NCBI GenBank assembly: GCA_051418015.1
Contig: JBPRGF010000001.1
Span: 1-64,000, forward strand
Reading direction: 5' to 3'
DNA from: Candidatus Nitrospinota bacterium M3_3B_026
GTDB taxonomy: Bacteria > Nitrospinota_A > UBA7883 > JBPRGF01
DNA length: 64,000 nt
Shown: piece after piece, positions 55,964 to 64,000 of the stretch
Layout: each line of letters opens with the position of its first letter
Numbering within the stretch: position 1 is the stretch's first letter
Program-made: the position numbers and the translations under genes
The notes under the pieces: model-generated
Database searches by the model: none
Seen by the model: the letters and a program-made list of their open reading frames with translations, nothing else
Told to the model about the DNA's origin: nothing

Positions 55964-57184
55964 TCACCCCTCCGCCTCTATCTCCTCGGCGGCTTTTTTT
56001 ATCTGGTACTCCGGCGGCTCGTAGATGCAGTAGGGCTCCTCGGCCATGTAATCGCCCCCGCTGTGGTAATACGCCCGCGCCCGGCAGCCCTCGCAGACGT
56101 ACTTAAACTCGCACGCGCCGCACTTGCCCTCGAGCTTTTCCTGGTCGCGCAGGTTGTTGAAAACCTCGGAGTCTTTCCAGACACTCGAAAAGCTCTGCTT
56201 GTGGATGTTCCCCGCCTCCACCGGCAGGTATCCGCAGGGGAAGACCTCCCCCTTGTGGGAGACGAAGCAGATGCTCTGCCCGGCGAGGCACCCTTTCGTC
56301 ATCGCCGCCATGCCGTGGGTGCGCGGGGAGATGGTAACGCCCTCCGCCTTGGCCCGCTGGCGCATGATCCGGAAATAGTGCGGCGCGCAGGTGGCCTTGG
56401 TCTGTATCCTGCCCTCCTTGGAGACGTCGTAGAACCAGTTCAAGACCCGCTCGTAGGTCTCGGCGTCGAGCATCTGGTCCTCGGCTATCTGGACGCCGCA
56501 GCCGACCGGCACCAGCATGAAGATATGCAGCGCGTCCGCGCCGAGGTCGATGGCGTTCTGATACAGCTTCTCCACCTCGTGGACGTTGTGCTTGGCGATG
56601 GTGCAGTTTATCTGCACGCTCATGCCGAGCTCCTGCAGGTATTTCATCCCCTTGATGGCCCGGTCGAAAGAGCCCGGCAGCTTGCGGAACATGTCGTGCG
56701 TCTCGGGCGTCGCCCCGTCGAGGGAGATGGAGACGCGCTGTATCTTCGCGTCGACAATCTTCCGCGCCACCTCCGGGGTTATCATCGTGCCGTTTGTCGC
56801 GAGCGCCACGGTCAGCCCCTTCGAGTCGGCGTATTCGGCCAGCTCGTATATGTCCGGCCTGAAAAGCGGTTCCCCGCCGGAAAGGACGAGGATGCATTCG
56901 CCAAGATCGGCGATGCCGTCGATCAGCTTCTTGGACTGCTCGGTGTCCAAATCGTTTTTCATCAGCTGGCGGGCCACGTCGATCCTTCGGCAGTGGATGC
57001 ACTCCAGGTTGCACCCGGCTGTCGTCTCCCAGAAGACCAGCCGCAGCTTGCTCTCCTGGTTCTCCATGAACCGGCGCGCGCTCTCCTCGGCGTCGCCGCG
57101 GTCTTTTATATCTTTATATACTTCCTTTATGATGCCGCCCGGACGGCCTCCGGGATGGCCGCCTTTACCATGAGGATGAGACAT
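55964..57184 (-). CDS. ahbD: Heme b synthase (radical SAM/SPASM, AhbD/NirJ2)
   Basis: LVFWETTAGCNLECIHCR, KATCAPHYFR, GCLAG, PCGYL, CGAC...CEGCRARAY, EPYC. Confidence 0.85.
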   Translation of the reverse strand: MSHPHGKGGHPGGRPGGIIKEVYKDIKDRGDAEESARRFMENQESKLRLVFWETTAGCNLECIHCRRIDVARQLMKNDLDTEQSKKLIDGIADLGECILVLSGGEPLFRPDIYELAEYADSKGLTVALATNGTMITPEVARKIVDAKIQRVSISLDGATPETHDMFRKLPGSFDRAIKGMKYLQELGMSVQINCTIAKHNVHEVEKLYQNAIDLGADALHIFMLVPVGCGVQIAEDQMLDAETYERVLNWFYDVSKEGRIQTKATCAPHYFRIMRQRAKAEGVTISPRTHGMAAMTKGCLAGQSICFVSHKGEVFPCGYLPVEAGNIHKQSFSSVWKDSEVFNNLRDQEKLEGKCGACEFKYVCEGCRARAYYHSGGDYMAEEPYCIYEPPEYQIKKAAEEIEAEG

Positions 57185-57235
57185 TCTGAGAATCTCCGAA
57201 AAAAACCGAGGCGTCCAGGGCCGCGGCGAGTTGTC

Positions 57236-58522
57236 CTACGTGGCTGACTTCGCAAGCAGGCTCTCGGGGACGGGGAAGTCCTCCCCCTTCGCCTTGAGCT
57301 CGGCCCTGTCGGCCGGGGTTATCCCGCACTCCTCATCGCTGAGGTAGCAGGCCGGGTCCGGCGCGCAGGGGTCGTTGTAGATCACGTCGGCGCGCACCCG
57401 CATGGCCCCGCCGCACATCATCAGGAACCTGCACTTCACGCATTTGCCCTTGAGGTTGTCCAGCCTGTTCTTGAGTATCTTCATTACGGGGTCGGACTCG
57501 TCGAGCCATATCTCCGAGAACTTCCGGTCGCGCACGTTGCCGAATGAGTGGTGCATCCAGAACTGGTCGGCGTGAACGTCTCCCAGAAAATCTATGTCGC
57601 CGAATGACACACCGGAGGAGTACCGCCCGCCGCCGTTCCATTCCAGCATCTTCTTCACCTCCTCGGCCTTCTCCTCGCGGCCCTGCTCCAGGAGCTTCAG
57701 GTATATGTACGGCCCGTCGACGTGGTTGTCCACGGTCAGGATGTCCTTGTGGAGGCCGCGCTTGTTGAAGTCCAGGCTGCGCTCCAGGATGATGTCCATG
57801 GCGTGGCGGCTCTCCTCGTGGGTCAGGTCCTCGCCGAAGATGCCGCGGCCCCGGCCGGAATAGACCAGGTGATAGAAACAGGCCCGCTGGATGCCCTCGG
57901 CCTCGATGAAGTCGAATATCTGGTGGAGGTTCTCGTAGTTGTGCCGCGTGAGGGTGAGGCGAAGGCCCACGCGCTGGCCCACGGCGACGCAGTTCTTGAA
58001 GCCCCGCATGGCCTTCTTGAAGGCGCCCTCCTTGCCCCGGAAATGGTCGTTTATCTCCCCGATGCCGTCGAGGCTTATGCCGACGTAGGTGAACCCGAGG
58101 TTCTTGATCCGCTCGGCTGTCTTGTCGTCGATCAGCACGCCGTTGGTGGACAGCGTGCAACGCAGGCCTGTCTTGTTCGCGTGGTCGGCAAGCTCCCATA
58201 TGTCCTTGCGGACGAGCGGCTCGCCGCCGGAGAAGAGAAGCGCGGGGATGCCGAACTCTTTCAGGTCGGTGATGAGGTTCTTGCCCTCGTCGGTGGTAAG
58301 CTCGCCTGAGTAAGCGCGCTCCTCGGAGTCCGAGTAGCAATGGATGCACTTCAGGTTGCAGGTGCGCGTTATGTTCCATGCCGTCACCGGCCGCCGCTCG
58401 GAGGCGGACTTGGGCACGGCGTGGGCCTTGGGCATGCGGCTCATGTGACTCGACTGCTTGCCGTAGCGTATGGCGTCGCCTTCGTTCTCGGTTTCGCAAT
58501 AAAGGGCCGAGATTCCTATCAT
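57236..58522 (-). CDS. ahbC: 12,18-didecarboxysiroheme deacetylase / Fe-coproporphyrin synthase (AhbC/NirJ1)
   Basis: MIGISALYC, WNITRTCNLKCIHCY, CFYHLVYSGRG, LTVDNHVDG, VHADQFW, DPACYL. Confidence 0.88.
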   Translation of the reverse strand: MIGISALYCETENEGDAIRYGKQSSHMSRMPKAHAVPKSASERRPVTAWNITRTCNLKCIHCYSDSEERAYSGELTTDEGKNLITDLKEFGIPALLFSGGEPLVRKDIWELADHANKTGLRCTLSTNGVLIDDKTAERIKNLGFTYVGISLDGIGEINDHFRGKEGAFKKAMRGFKNCVAVGQRVGLRLTLTRHNYENLHQIFDFIEAEGIQRACFYHLVYSGRGRGIFGEDLTHEESRHAMDIILERSLDFNKRGLHKDILTVDNHVDGPYIYLKLLEQGREEKAEEVKKMLEWNGGGRYSSGVSFGDIDFLGDVHADQFWMHHSFGNVRDRKFSEIWLDESDPVMKILKNRLDNLKGKCVKCRFLMMCGGAMRVRADVIYNDPCAPDPACYLSDEECGITPADRAELKAKGEDFPVPESLLAKSAT

Positions 58523-58659
58523 CTACAAACCTCCGTATAAAGTCTGGGGCCTATTCAATACCCCCCCTCATCAAAAAAGCCTACCATTTCAGTCAGGATT
58601 ATGGCAACCCCGCCGTTCATTTTCATTATAATAACATCCGGCGCCACGGTCCGCCGCCG

Positions 58660-59214
58660 TCACTTGCCCCGGCGGCGGAATTTGTACGGCGACATGTAGT
58701 CCGCCCGGCCCCAGACGCCCTCCTTGTCCTTTTTCGCAAGCCCCTCCACCTCCATGAACTTCTCCACGTACTCTTTTTTGTATCTCGCCGGGTTCAGGCG
58801 GACGGGGTAGTATACCTCCGCCATTCCTTTCAGGACCATGTTCAGGTTGACGTTCAGCTTGTCCAGGAAGATCATCCCCTCCACCCTGTCGAACTGGTCG
58901 ATGCCGAACGACTCTATTATCACCTCCTTGCCCATTATCATGCCGGAGAGGAACTTTTTGGACTCGTTGTGCAGGGGCTGGATCTCGCCGGTGTCATAGT
59001 CCATATCCGGCGCGTCGATATAGGCCAGCTGGACGCGGATTCTCTTGCCCCGGTCGTCCTTTATGGCGACGGTGTCGCCGTCATATACGTGGACGACCTT
59101 TCCCCAGATGAGGTTATCCATCCCCTCCTGGGCCGCGGCGGCGGACGCGAAAACAGCGAGCATGGCCGCCGGGAGCCATCGCGCGAGCGGGGCAAAGGAG
59201 ATCGGAAAGCGCAT
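58660..59214 (-). CDS. Thermonuclease (SNase) family secreted protein
   Basis: VYDGDT, RVQLAYIDAP, DQFDR, MVLKGMA, GVW...PYKFR; some catalytic residues look substituted. Confidence 0.85.
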   Translation of the reverse strand: MRFPISFAPLARWLPAAMLAVFASAAAAQEGMDNLIWGKVVHVYDGDTVAIKDDRGKRIRVQLAYIDAPDMDYDTGEIQPLHNESKKFLSGMIMGKEVIIESFGIDQFDRVEGMIFLDKLNVNLNMVLKGMAEVYYPVRLNPARYKKEYVEKFMEVEGLAKKDKEGVWGRADYMSPYKFRRRGK

Positions 59215-59426
59215 AATCAAAACAGGACCGGCCAAAGAGTCAGAACCAAGCGTCCCATAGAGCGGATCGCGCCGCGCTGGCGCCCATGATGAACATAAAG
59301 AATATGTGGAAATTTCAATGATGAATATTAAAATGGCTGGAGGAATAATTCAATCCTATTCGGCCCGGGGCGGAATAGGGGAACGAAGGGGGCCGCCGGG
59401 GCGGCTTTTTTTTCAGGGAGGGGATT

Positions 59427-59810
59427 TTGAGCGGTCTGGAAAACGTTTTCAAGCTCGCCGGAAGGCTCGCCATCGCGGCCATCTTTCTTTTCGCCGCGTT
59501 CGGCAAGGTGATGGACCCGACGGGGACGATAAGCCACATAAGCTCCGCCGGAATACCGGCCCCCGGCCTGGCCTACGCGCTGACGGTGGCGCTGGAGGCT
59601 GTGAGTGGAGTGTTGATCGTCATTGGGTGGAGAACAAAATACGCCGCCCTGGCGCTCTGCCTGTTCATGGTCCCAACCACTTATTTTTTCCATTTCGACC
59701 TGGGAAACAGGGTCCAGATGATAATGGCGCTCAAGAACCTCGCCATCATGGGCGGGCTTTTGCTGCTGGCCGCCTCCGGCCCGGGCAGGATCAGCGTGGG
59801 GAGGGATTGA
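59427..59810 (+). CDS. DoxX family membrane protein
   Basis: GGAGG RBS + TTG start; GRL..AAIF, E...G, HF, KNLAIMGGLL, GPGRISV. Confidence 0.9.
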   Translation: MSGLENVFKLAGRLAIAAIFLFAAFGKVMDPTGTISHISSAGIPAPGLAYALTVALEAVSGVLIVIGWRTKYAALALCLFMVPTTYFFHFDLGNRVQMIMALKNLAIMGGLLLLAASGPGRISVGRD

Positions 59811-59827
59811 AAAGCGCGCCGCGCTCT

Positions 59828-60223
59828 CTATACCGGCCTGAGCGTCCCCTCGTCTAGGTCCACTTTTCTGTAAAAACAGCTCGGCCTCGCCCTGCCCGTG
59901 GCGGGGTCTTTGGTGTGGCAGGCACCTTCTCCCTGCGGCTCGACGCGGTAGACCAGCGCGTCCTGGTCGCAGTCCACCAGTATCTCCACCACCTTCAGGA
60001 AATCGCCAGACGTGGCGCCTTTTTTCCAAAGCTCGCCACGGGAGGTGGACCAGAAGGTGGCCATCCTCGACCTTATCGTCTCATCGAAAGCGTCCCTGTT
60101 GACGTAGGCCAGCATCAGTATCCGGCCGTCCCGCGCGTCCTGGACGACGGCCGGGACGAGCCCGCCGCGCTTTTCGAAATTCACGGAGAGGGACGCCCCC
60201 TCCTCGATCTCTTTTTTATCCAT
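59828..60223 (-). CDS. hisI: Phosphoribosyl-AMP cyclohydrolase
   Basis: GLVPAVVQD, WSTSRGELWKKGATSG, DCDQD, ACHT...SCF. Confidence 0.95.
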   Translation of the reverse strand: MDKKEIEEGASLSVNFEKRGGLVPAVVQDARDGRILMLAYVNRDAFDETIRSRMATFWSTSRGELWKKGATSGDFLKVVEILVDCDQDALVYRVEPQGEGACHTKDPATGRARPSCFYRKVDLDEGTLRPV

Positions 60224-61193
60224 GGAAACCTCCAGGCTCCTCTCCGCCCTCGCCCCAAAGACACCTGTTGTGGACCATCTCCTGGGTGAAGACCTTAGGC
60301 GATGGTATCGGCACGATGCCGTCCACCCCCAGCCGCAAAAGCTTCGGCGCCAGCATGTTGAGCTGCGATTCGCGGATCACCGCGGACACCGAAAGCCACC
60401 CTTCCTCCTCCACGGCGCTGACGGTCGGCGCCACCACCGAAGGGATGATCCGCTCCACCTCGCGAAGCGACTCCCTGGGAACGTCCATGAAAACCAGGTA
60501 GACAGGCTCCTTCTCGGCGAGCAGGACGGAGTCTATCCCGATCCTGATGTCCTCCATCTTCTCAAGCTTCGCCCTGTCCGCGGCGGCCTCGGGGTTGGCG
60601 ATAAGCTGCGGGTTCGACTCGAAAAGCTCCGCCAGGATGACGTTGCCGTTGTCCCGCAGCGTCCGCCCCGTCTCGGTGATGTCCGTGAAGGCGTCGCACT
60701 CCCCCATGAAGACCTTCGCCTCGGTCTTTCCCTCGCTTTTCAATATCTTTATATCCCGGACGCCGAAAAGCTCCTCCATCCGCCCGCGGGTCAGGTTCGG
60801 AAGCTCCGTGGCGATGGTTTTGCCCGCGAGTTGTTCGGGCTTTTCGATCCCCGTCTCCGGCCTGGTGGCAAGGACCAGCCTGGAGGGACGGTTGGTGCGC
60901 TTTGAGAAGACGAAATCGCCGATGACCTCCACCTCGTTTTCCATCCCCGCCTCGTAGACGTAGTCCTTGCCGGTTATGCCGCAGTCCACGACGCCCCGGG
61001 CCACCTTCTCCGGCATCTCCTTGCGGTCCAGCACGCGGAAGATGACGCCCTCGTCGTATGGGGTGGCAAGCTCGTACTTCCTGGCGGCGGCCACGGGGCG
61101 GCCGGACTTTGCGAGCAGGCGAGTAACCTGTTCGTTCAGGCTCCCGGAGGGGATTCCCATGTAAAGGACGTCTTCTTTTTTTCCGTAGCTCAT
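60216..61193 (-). CDS. hisG: ATP phosphoribosyltransferase, long form
   Basis: GIPSGSL, DCGITGKD, IATE, GKTE, DITETGRTLRDNG, C-terminal PTVS ACT-like domain. Confidence 0.9.
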   Translation of the reverse strand: MSYGKKEDVLYMGIPSGSLNEQVTRLLAKSGRPVAAARKYELATPYDEGVIFRVLDRKEMPEKVARGVVDCGITGKDYVYEAGMENEVEVIGDFVFSKRTNRPSRLVLATRPETGIEKPEQLAGKTIATELPNLTRGRMEELFGVRDIKILKSEGKTEAKVFMGECDAFTDITETGRTLRDNGNVILAELFESNPQLIANPEAAADRAKLEKMEDIRIGIDSVLLAEKEPVYLVFMDVPRESLREVERIIPSVVAPTVSAVEEEGWLSVSAVIRESQLNMLAPKLLRLGVDGIVPIPSPKVFTQEMVHNRCLWGEGGEEPGGFHG

Positions 61194-61235
61194 TTTTTCA
61201 AAAAAACGCGGCGCGGCGCCCGGCCGGCAATCCAG

Positions 61236-61421
61236 TCAACGATCCCCCCGGCGTTTCTCCGCCGCGTCCGCCCTCTCCGCCTCGCAGGGCATGTTCTTGT
61301 GGACGTGGCGCTCCAGCTTCCCGCAGTATATGGCCTGGAACGTCCGGCAGCTGCCGGACCCGTCGAGGGCTCCTTCCCCCGGAAGACCCGCGCTCTCACA
61401 GGTCATGTCGCACCAGCGCAT
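61236..61421 (-). CDS. Small Cys-rich hypothetical protein
   Basis: GGAGG RBS before ATG 61421; WCDMTC...DGSGSCRTF...YC...KNMPC. Confidence 0.7.
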   Translation of the reverse strand: MRWCDMTCESAGLPGEGALDGSGSCRTFQAIYCGKLERHVHKNMPCEAERADAAEKRRGDR

Positions 61422-61486
61422 GGAATCCTCCACGAGGTTGTTTTAGTATAATGGCGAAGTTTAACCCGAAAAGCTCCCGTTTCGCT

Positions 61487-62326
61487 ATGCTAAAGCTTCT
61501 GGCGGCGCCGGCCATGGCCCTGCTTGTCCTCGCCGCCCCCCAACGGCCCGTGGAGGGCCTGGAAGGGGCGTGGATCGAGAAGGGAAAAGGTGCGCAGGCC
61601 GCAAGGCTCATCGCGCGCCATGGCGGGCTGGAGCTGATCGAAAACGGCGAGACAACCGTGGGGAGGCTCGAACGGGGCGATGAGGGACACGTCTATATCG
61701 TGGATTTCGTGAACAGCGAGCCCGGCGGGGGAGAAAGGGGCGCCGCATTTCACATGGAGGGAGACGAACTGGTGTTCGTCCTGGACGGGGAGAAAGCGAA
61801 ACGTTACGAGAGAATGCCCCCGCCGCCGGTCTTCCCGAGGGAGAGAAGGGACGGCTTCAGTTACGCCGCGCCGGAGGGCTGGATATCGAACGTGCGGGTC
61901 TTCGCCCCGGGGACAGGCAAGACGCCGGAAAACTACGATCAGGACCAGCTCGTCCGCTACTTCGAGCTGGGCGCGGAGAAGCCCGCCGAGAGCATAACCC
62001 TGCGGCTTGAGCCGGAGCCTTTCGGGAAGGTAATGGAGAAGATATCCGAAAAACTCGAAAACCCCGCGCTCGCCTCCAGCATGGAGAACAAAAAGATCGG
62101 CGGCCGTGACGCCACCGTTTTCGAAAACAAGGCCATGGCGGGAGGCTCAAAGCTTTCGGCCATGGTATTCGTCATCCCCTGGGGAGAGGAAAAGACGATG
62201 GTCATCGCCGCGCCCACCCTGTGGCCCGAGTTCCCGGACGACACCAGGCGCGACATAGCCGCCCTGATCGAAAGCCTCAGGGAATCGCCGGAGCCCGCCG
62301 CGCCGCGGGGAGCGGACCCCCGCTGA
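61487..62326 (+). CDS. Hypothetical secreted protein
   Basis: Signal peptide; coding-like composition; stop overlaps the lptD start. Confidence 0.6.
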   Translation: MLKLLAAPAMALLVLAAPQRPVEGLEGAWIEKGKGAQAARLIARHGGLELIENGETTVGRLERGDEGHVYIVDFVNSEPGGGERGAAFHMEGDELVFVLDGEKAKRYERMPPPPVFPRERRDGFSYAAPEGWISNVRVFAPGTGKTPENYDQDQLVRYFELGAEKPAESITLRLEPEPFGKVMEKISEKLENPALASSMENKKIGGRDATVFENKAMAGGSKLSAMVFVIPWGEEKTMVIAAPTLWPEFPDDTRRDIAALIESLRESPEPAAPRGADPR

Positions 62327-64000
62327 TGGCCTCCAGCGAGATGACGCCGGAGGGGGCGCCCCATATTCCCAGGGAAAGCGCCCGCCGCGCCGCCGCGCCC
62401 ATCGCCGCCGTCTTTCTCCTGCTGGCCCTCGCATCCCCCGCGCCCGCCATGGACAACGCCAACGCCGGAAAAAATGGCGAGGGGGCCGTCCCGAAGGCGG
62501 AGGTGAAGACCGCGAAAACGGGAAAAGAGCCGCCGCACATGGAGGTGACGGCGGACAAGATCACCCGGAACGAAAAGGAAAAGGTCACAACCGCCACGGG
62601 CTCGGTCGTCATAAAGTACGACGGGAAGGTGGTGGAGGGCGAGCGGGCGAGCTACAACGAAAAGACCGGCGAGGGCGTGGTGGAGGAGGACGCAAGGCTC
62701 ACCGACGCCAAGAGCGACATACACGCCGGCAAGGTGGAGTTCAACTCCTTCTCGGAGCTTGGGACCCTCTACGGCGCCAAGGGGGTCTACGAAGGATACT
62801 ACCGGTTCGGGGGGGAAAGGATGGAGCGCCTGGCCGAGGACAAGTACAAGATCGAGAAGGGCGCCGTGACCACCTGCGAGCTTGAAAAGCCGCACTGGCG
62901 GCTGGACGCAACGGATGCGGACGTGACGATGGAGGACTACGCCTTCCTCAAAAACATGGTCTTCCGCGTAAAAGACGTCCCTGTCTTCTACCTCCCCTAT
63001 TTCGTGGTCCCCACGAAAACGAAGAGGGCAACGGGCTTTTTGACCCCCAGCGTCAGCTACTCCGACAAGACCGGCCCCAGGCTCGAGAACAGGTTTTTCT
63101 GGGCCATCGCGGAGAACATGGACGCCACGATAATCCATGAGTACATGGGCTCCGCCGGGAACCGGTTTGCGGGGGAGTACAGATACATCTTGAGCCCGGG
63201 GGCCCACGGCCAGCTCAACGCGGAGTACATAAAGGAGACCGACCCGGAAAAAGACAAGGACCGCGACCTGTGGAAGCTCAAGTACGACCATCGCCACGCG
63301 CTGCCCTGGGGGATAAGCAACGTCGTCCACCTGGACATGCAAAGCGAGGAGAGCATAGACCGCGAATACGGCGACGACGTGGCCAGCCGGACGAGAAGGT
63401 ACACCGACAGCCACGCCACGTTCCAGAAAAACTGGCCCACCAGGAACCTGTACCTGCTGCTGCGGGAGCAGAAGTCCACACAGCCCGGCAGGGAGGACAC
63501 GATCCGCCGCCTCCCCAGCCTCAGGTTCAACAACCAGAAACAGAAGCTGTGGAGAACGCCCCTCTACGGCTCGCTCGAAAGCAGCTTCATATCATACCGG
63601 ACGACGACCGTGACCAACGGCGAGACCAACCCCTACGACGTGGACAGGGCCGACTTCTTCCCGAGCCTGTCCCTCCCCTTCTCCCTGGCCCCGTGGCTGA
63701 GCATGAACGCCGCGGCGGCCTTCCGGTCCACCTGGTACTCCAACGGCCGCGACGAAAGCGGCCAGGCCGGCGGCGAAAGCTTCAGCCGGGAATACTACAC
63801 CACGAGCCTCGCGCTGACGGGGCCGAAGTTCTTCAGGATATTCGACACCAGGTCGGAGAAGATACCGAGGCTCAAGCATCTCGTCGTCCCGTCGGTGACG
63901 TGGAGCTACCTGCCGGGATACGAGTTCGACGGCGACGACAGGAAAAAGGTGATCGTGATGGACGGCATAGACCAGCAGGGGGCTCCCGCCAACGCGATAT
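62326..64000 (+). CDS. lptD: LPS assembly protein LptD (runs off the window end)
   Basis: Not in the ORF track. Open + frame from ATG 62326: signal peptide, VTADKI...ATGSVVI, TTCE..PHW, VPVFYLPY, RATGFLTP, FWAI, RRLP, LKHLVVP. Confidence 0.9.
   Translation, partial: MASSEMTPEGAPHIPRESARRAAAPIAAVFLLLALASPAPAMDNANAGKNGEGAVPKAEVKTAKTGKEPPHMEVTADKITRNEKEKVTTATGSVVIKYDGKVVEGERASYNEKTGEGVVEEDARLTDAKSDIHAGKVEFNSFSELGTLYGAKGVYEGYYRFGGERMERLAEDKYKIEKGAVTTCELEKPHWRLDATDADVTMEDYAFLKNMVFRVKDVPVFYLPYFVVPTKTKRATGFLTPSVSYSDKTGPRLENRFFWAIAENMDATIIHEYMGSAGNRFAGEYRYILSPGAHGQLNAEYIKETDPEKDKDRDLWKLKYDHRHALPWGISNVVHLDMQSEESIDREYGDDVASRTRRYTDSHATFQKNWPTRNLYLLLREQKSTQPGREDTIRRLPSLRFNNQKQKLWRTPLYGSLESSFISYRTTTVTNGETNPYDVDRADFFPSLSLPFSLAPWLSMNAAAAFRSTWYSNGRDESGQAGGESFSREYYTTSLALTGPKFFRIFDTRSEKIPRLKHLVVPSVTWSYLPGYEFDGDDRKKVIVMDGIDQQGAPANAI

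Noticed and set aside
59286..59330. Direct repeat ATGATGAAYAT upstream of doxX as an operator
   Set aside because: Plausible, but only two copies in AT-rich DNA and no cognate regulator can be assigned
55964..61421. Radical SAM/SPASM RiPP cluster using the Cys-rich peptide as precursor
   Set aside because: Both enzymes carry AhbC/AhbD heme-synthesis signatures, and the peptide is ~3 kb away behind his genes

Overview
GC-rich bacterial chromosomal window. The gene repertoire (NfnAB, AhbC/AhbD heme pathway, PilR/PilB, CarD, LptD, sqdB, multiheme cytochrome) suggests a diderm deltaproteobacteria-like or Nitrospinota-like organism; this placement is inference only. Most of the window is housekeeping and envelope genes (sqdB partial, rqcH, galU, lpdA, queD, tsaD, carD, rpoD, dnaG, yqeY, rmuC, hisG, hisI, lptD partial) plus five tRNAs (Ile2/Met-CAT, Lys-TTT, Glu-TTC, Phe-GAA, Gly-GCC). 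Items that stand out: (i) an OmcE-like (cytochrome nanowire family) protein with a fifth CX3CH heme site and an EF-hand-type loop, behind a sigma-54-type promoter; (ii) a PilB ATPase fused to a C-terminal cyclic-nucleotide-binding domain, heading a tolC / sigma-54 activator / ATP-grasp operon; (iii) a cytochrome b-2x[4Fe-4S]-MvhD fusion next to ccmH/ccmI-like genes; (iv) an orphan ParA with a TPR partner carrying a ParB-like N-terminal peptide; (v) a HEAT-repeat-NfnA fusion; (vi) a lipoprotein-FecR-beta-barrel triad; (vii) an AT-rich 1-kb islet with a HEPN-motif gene and cassette-like edges; (viii) dispersed palindromic/MITE-like repeats, one of them apparently inside a reading frame; (ix) an internally deleted LysR remnant. 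No CRISPR array, rRNA, transposase or integrase was seen. All calls come from reading motifs by eye; no database searches were run.
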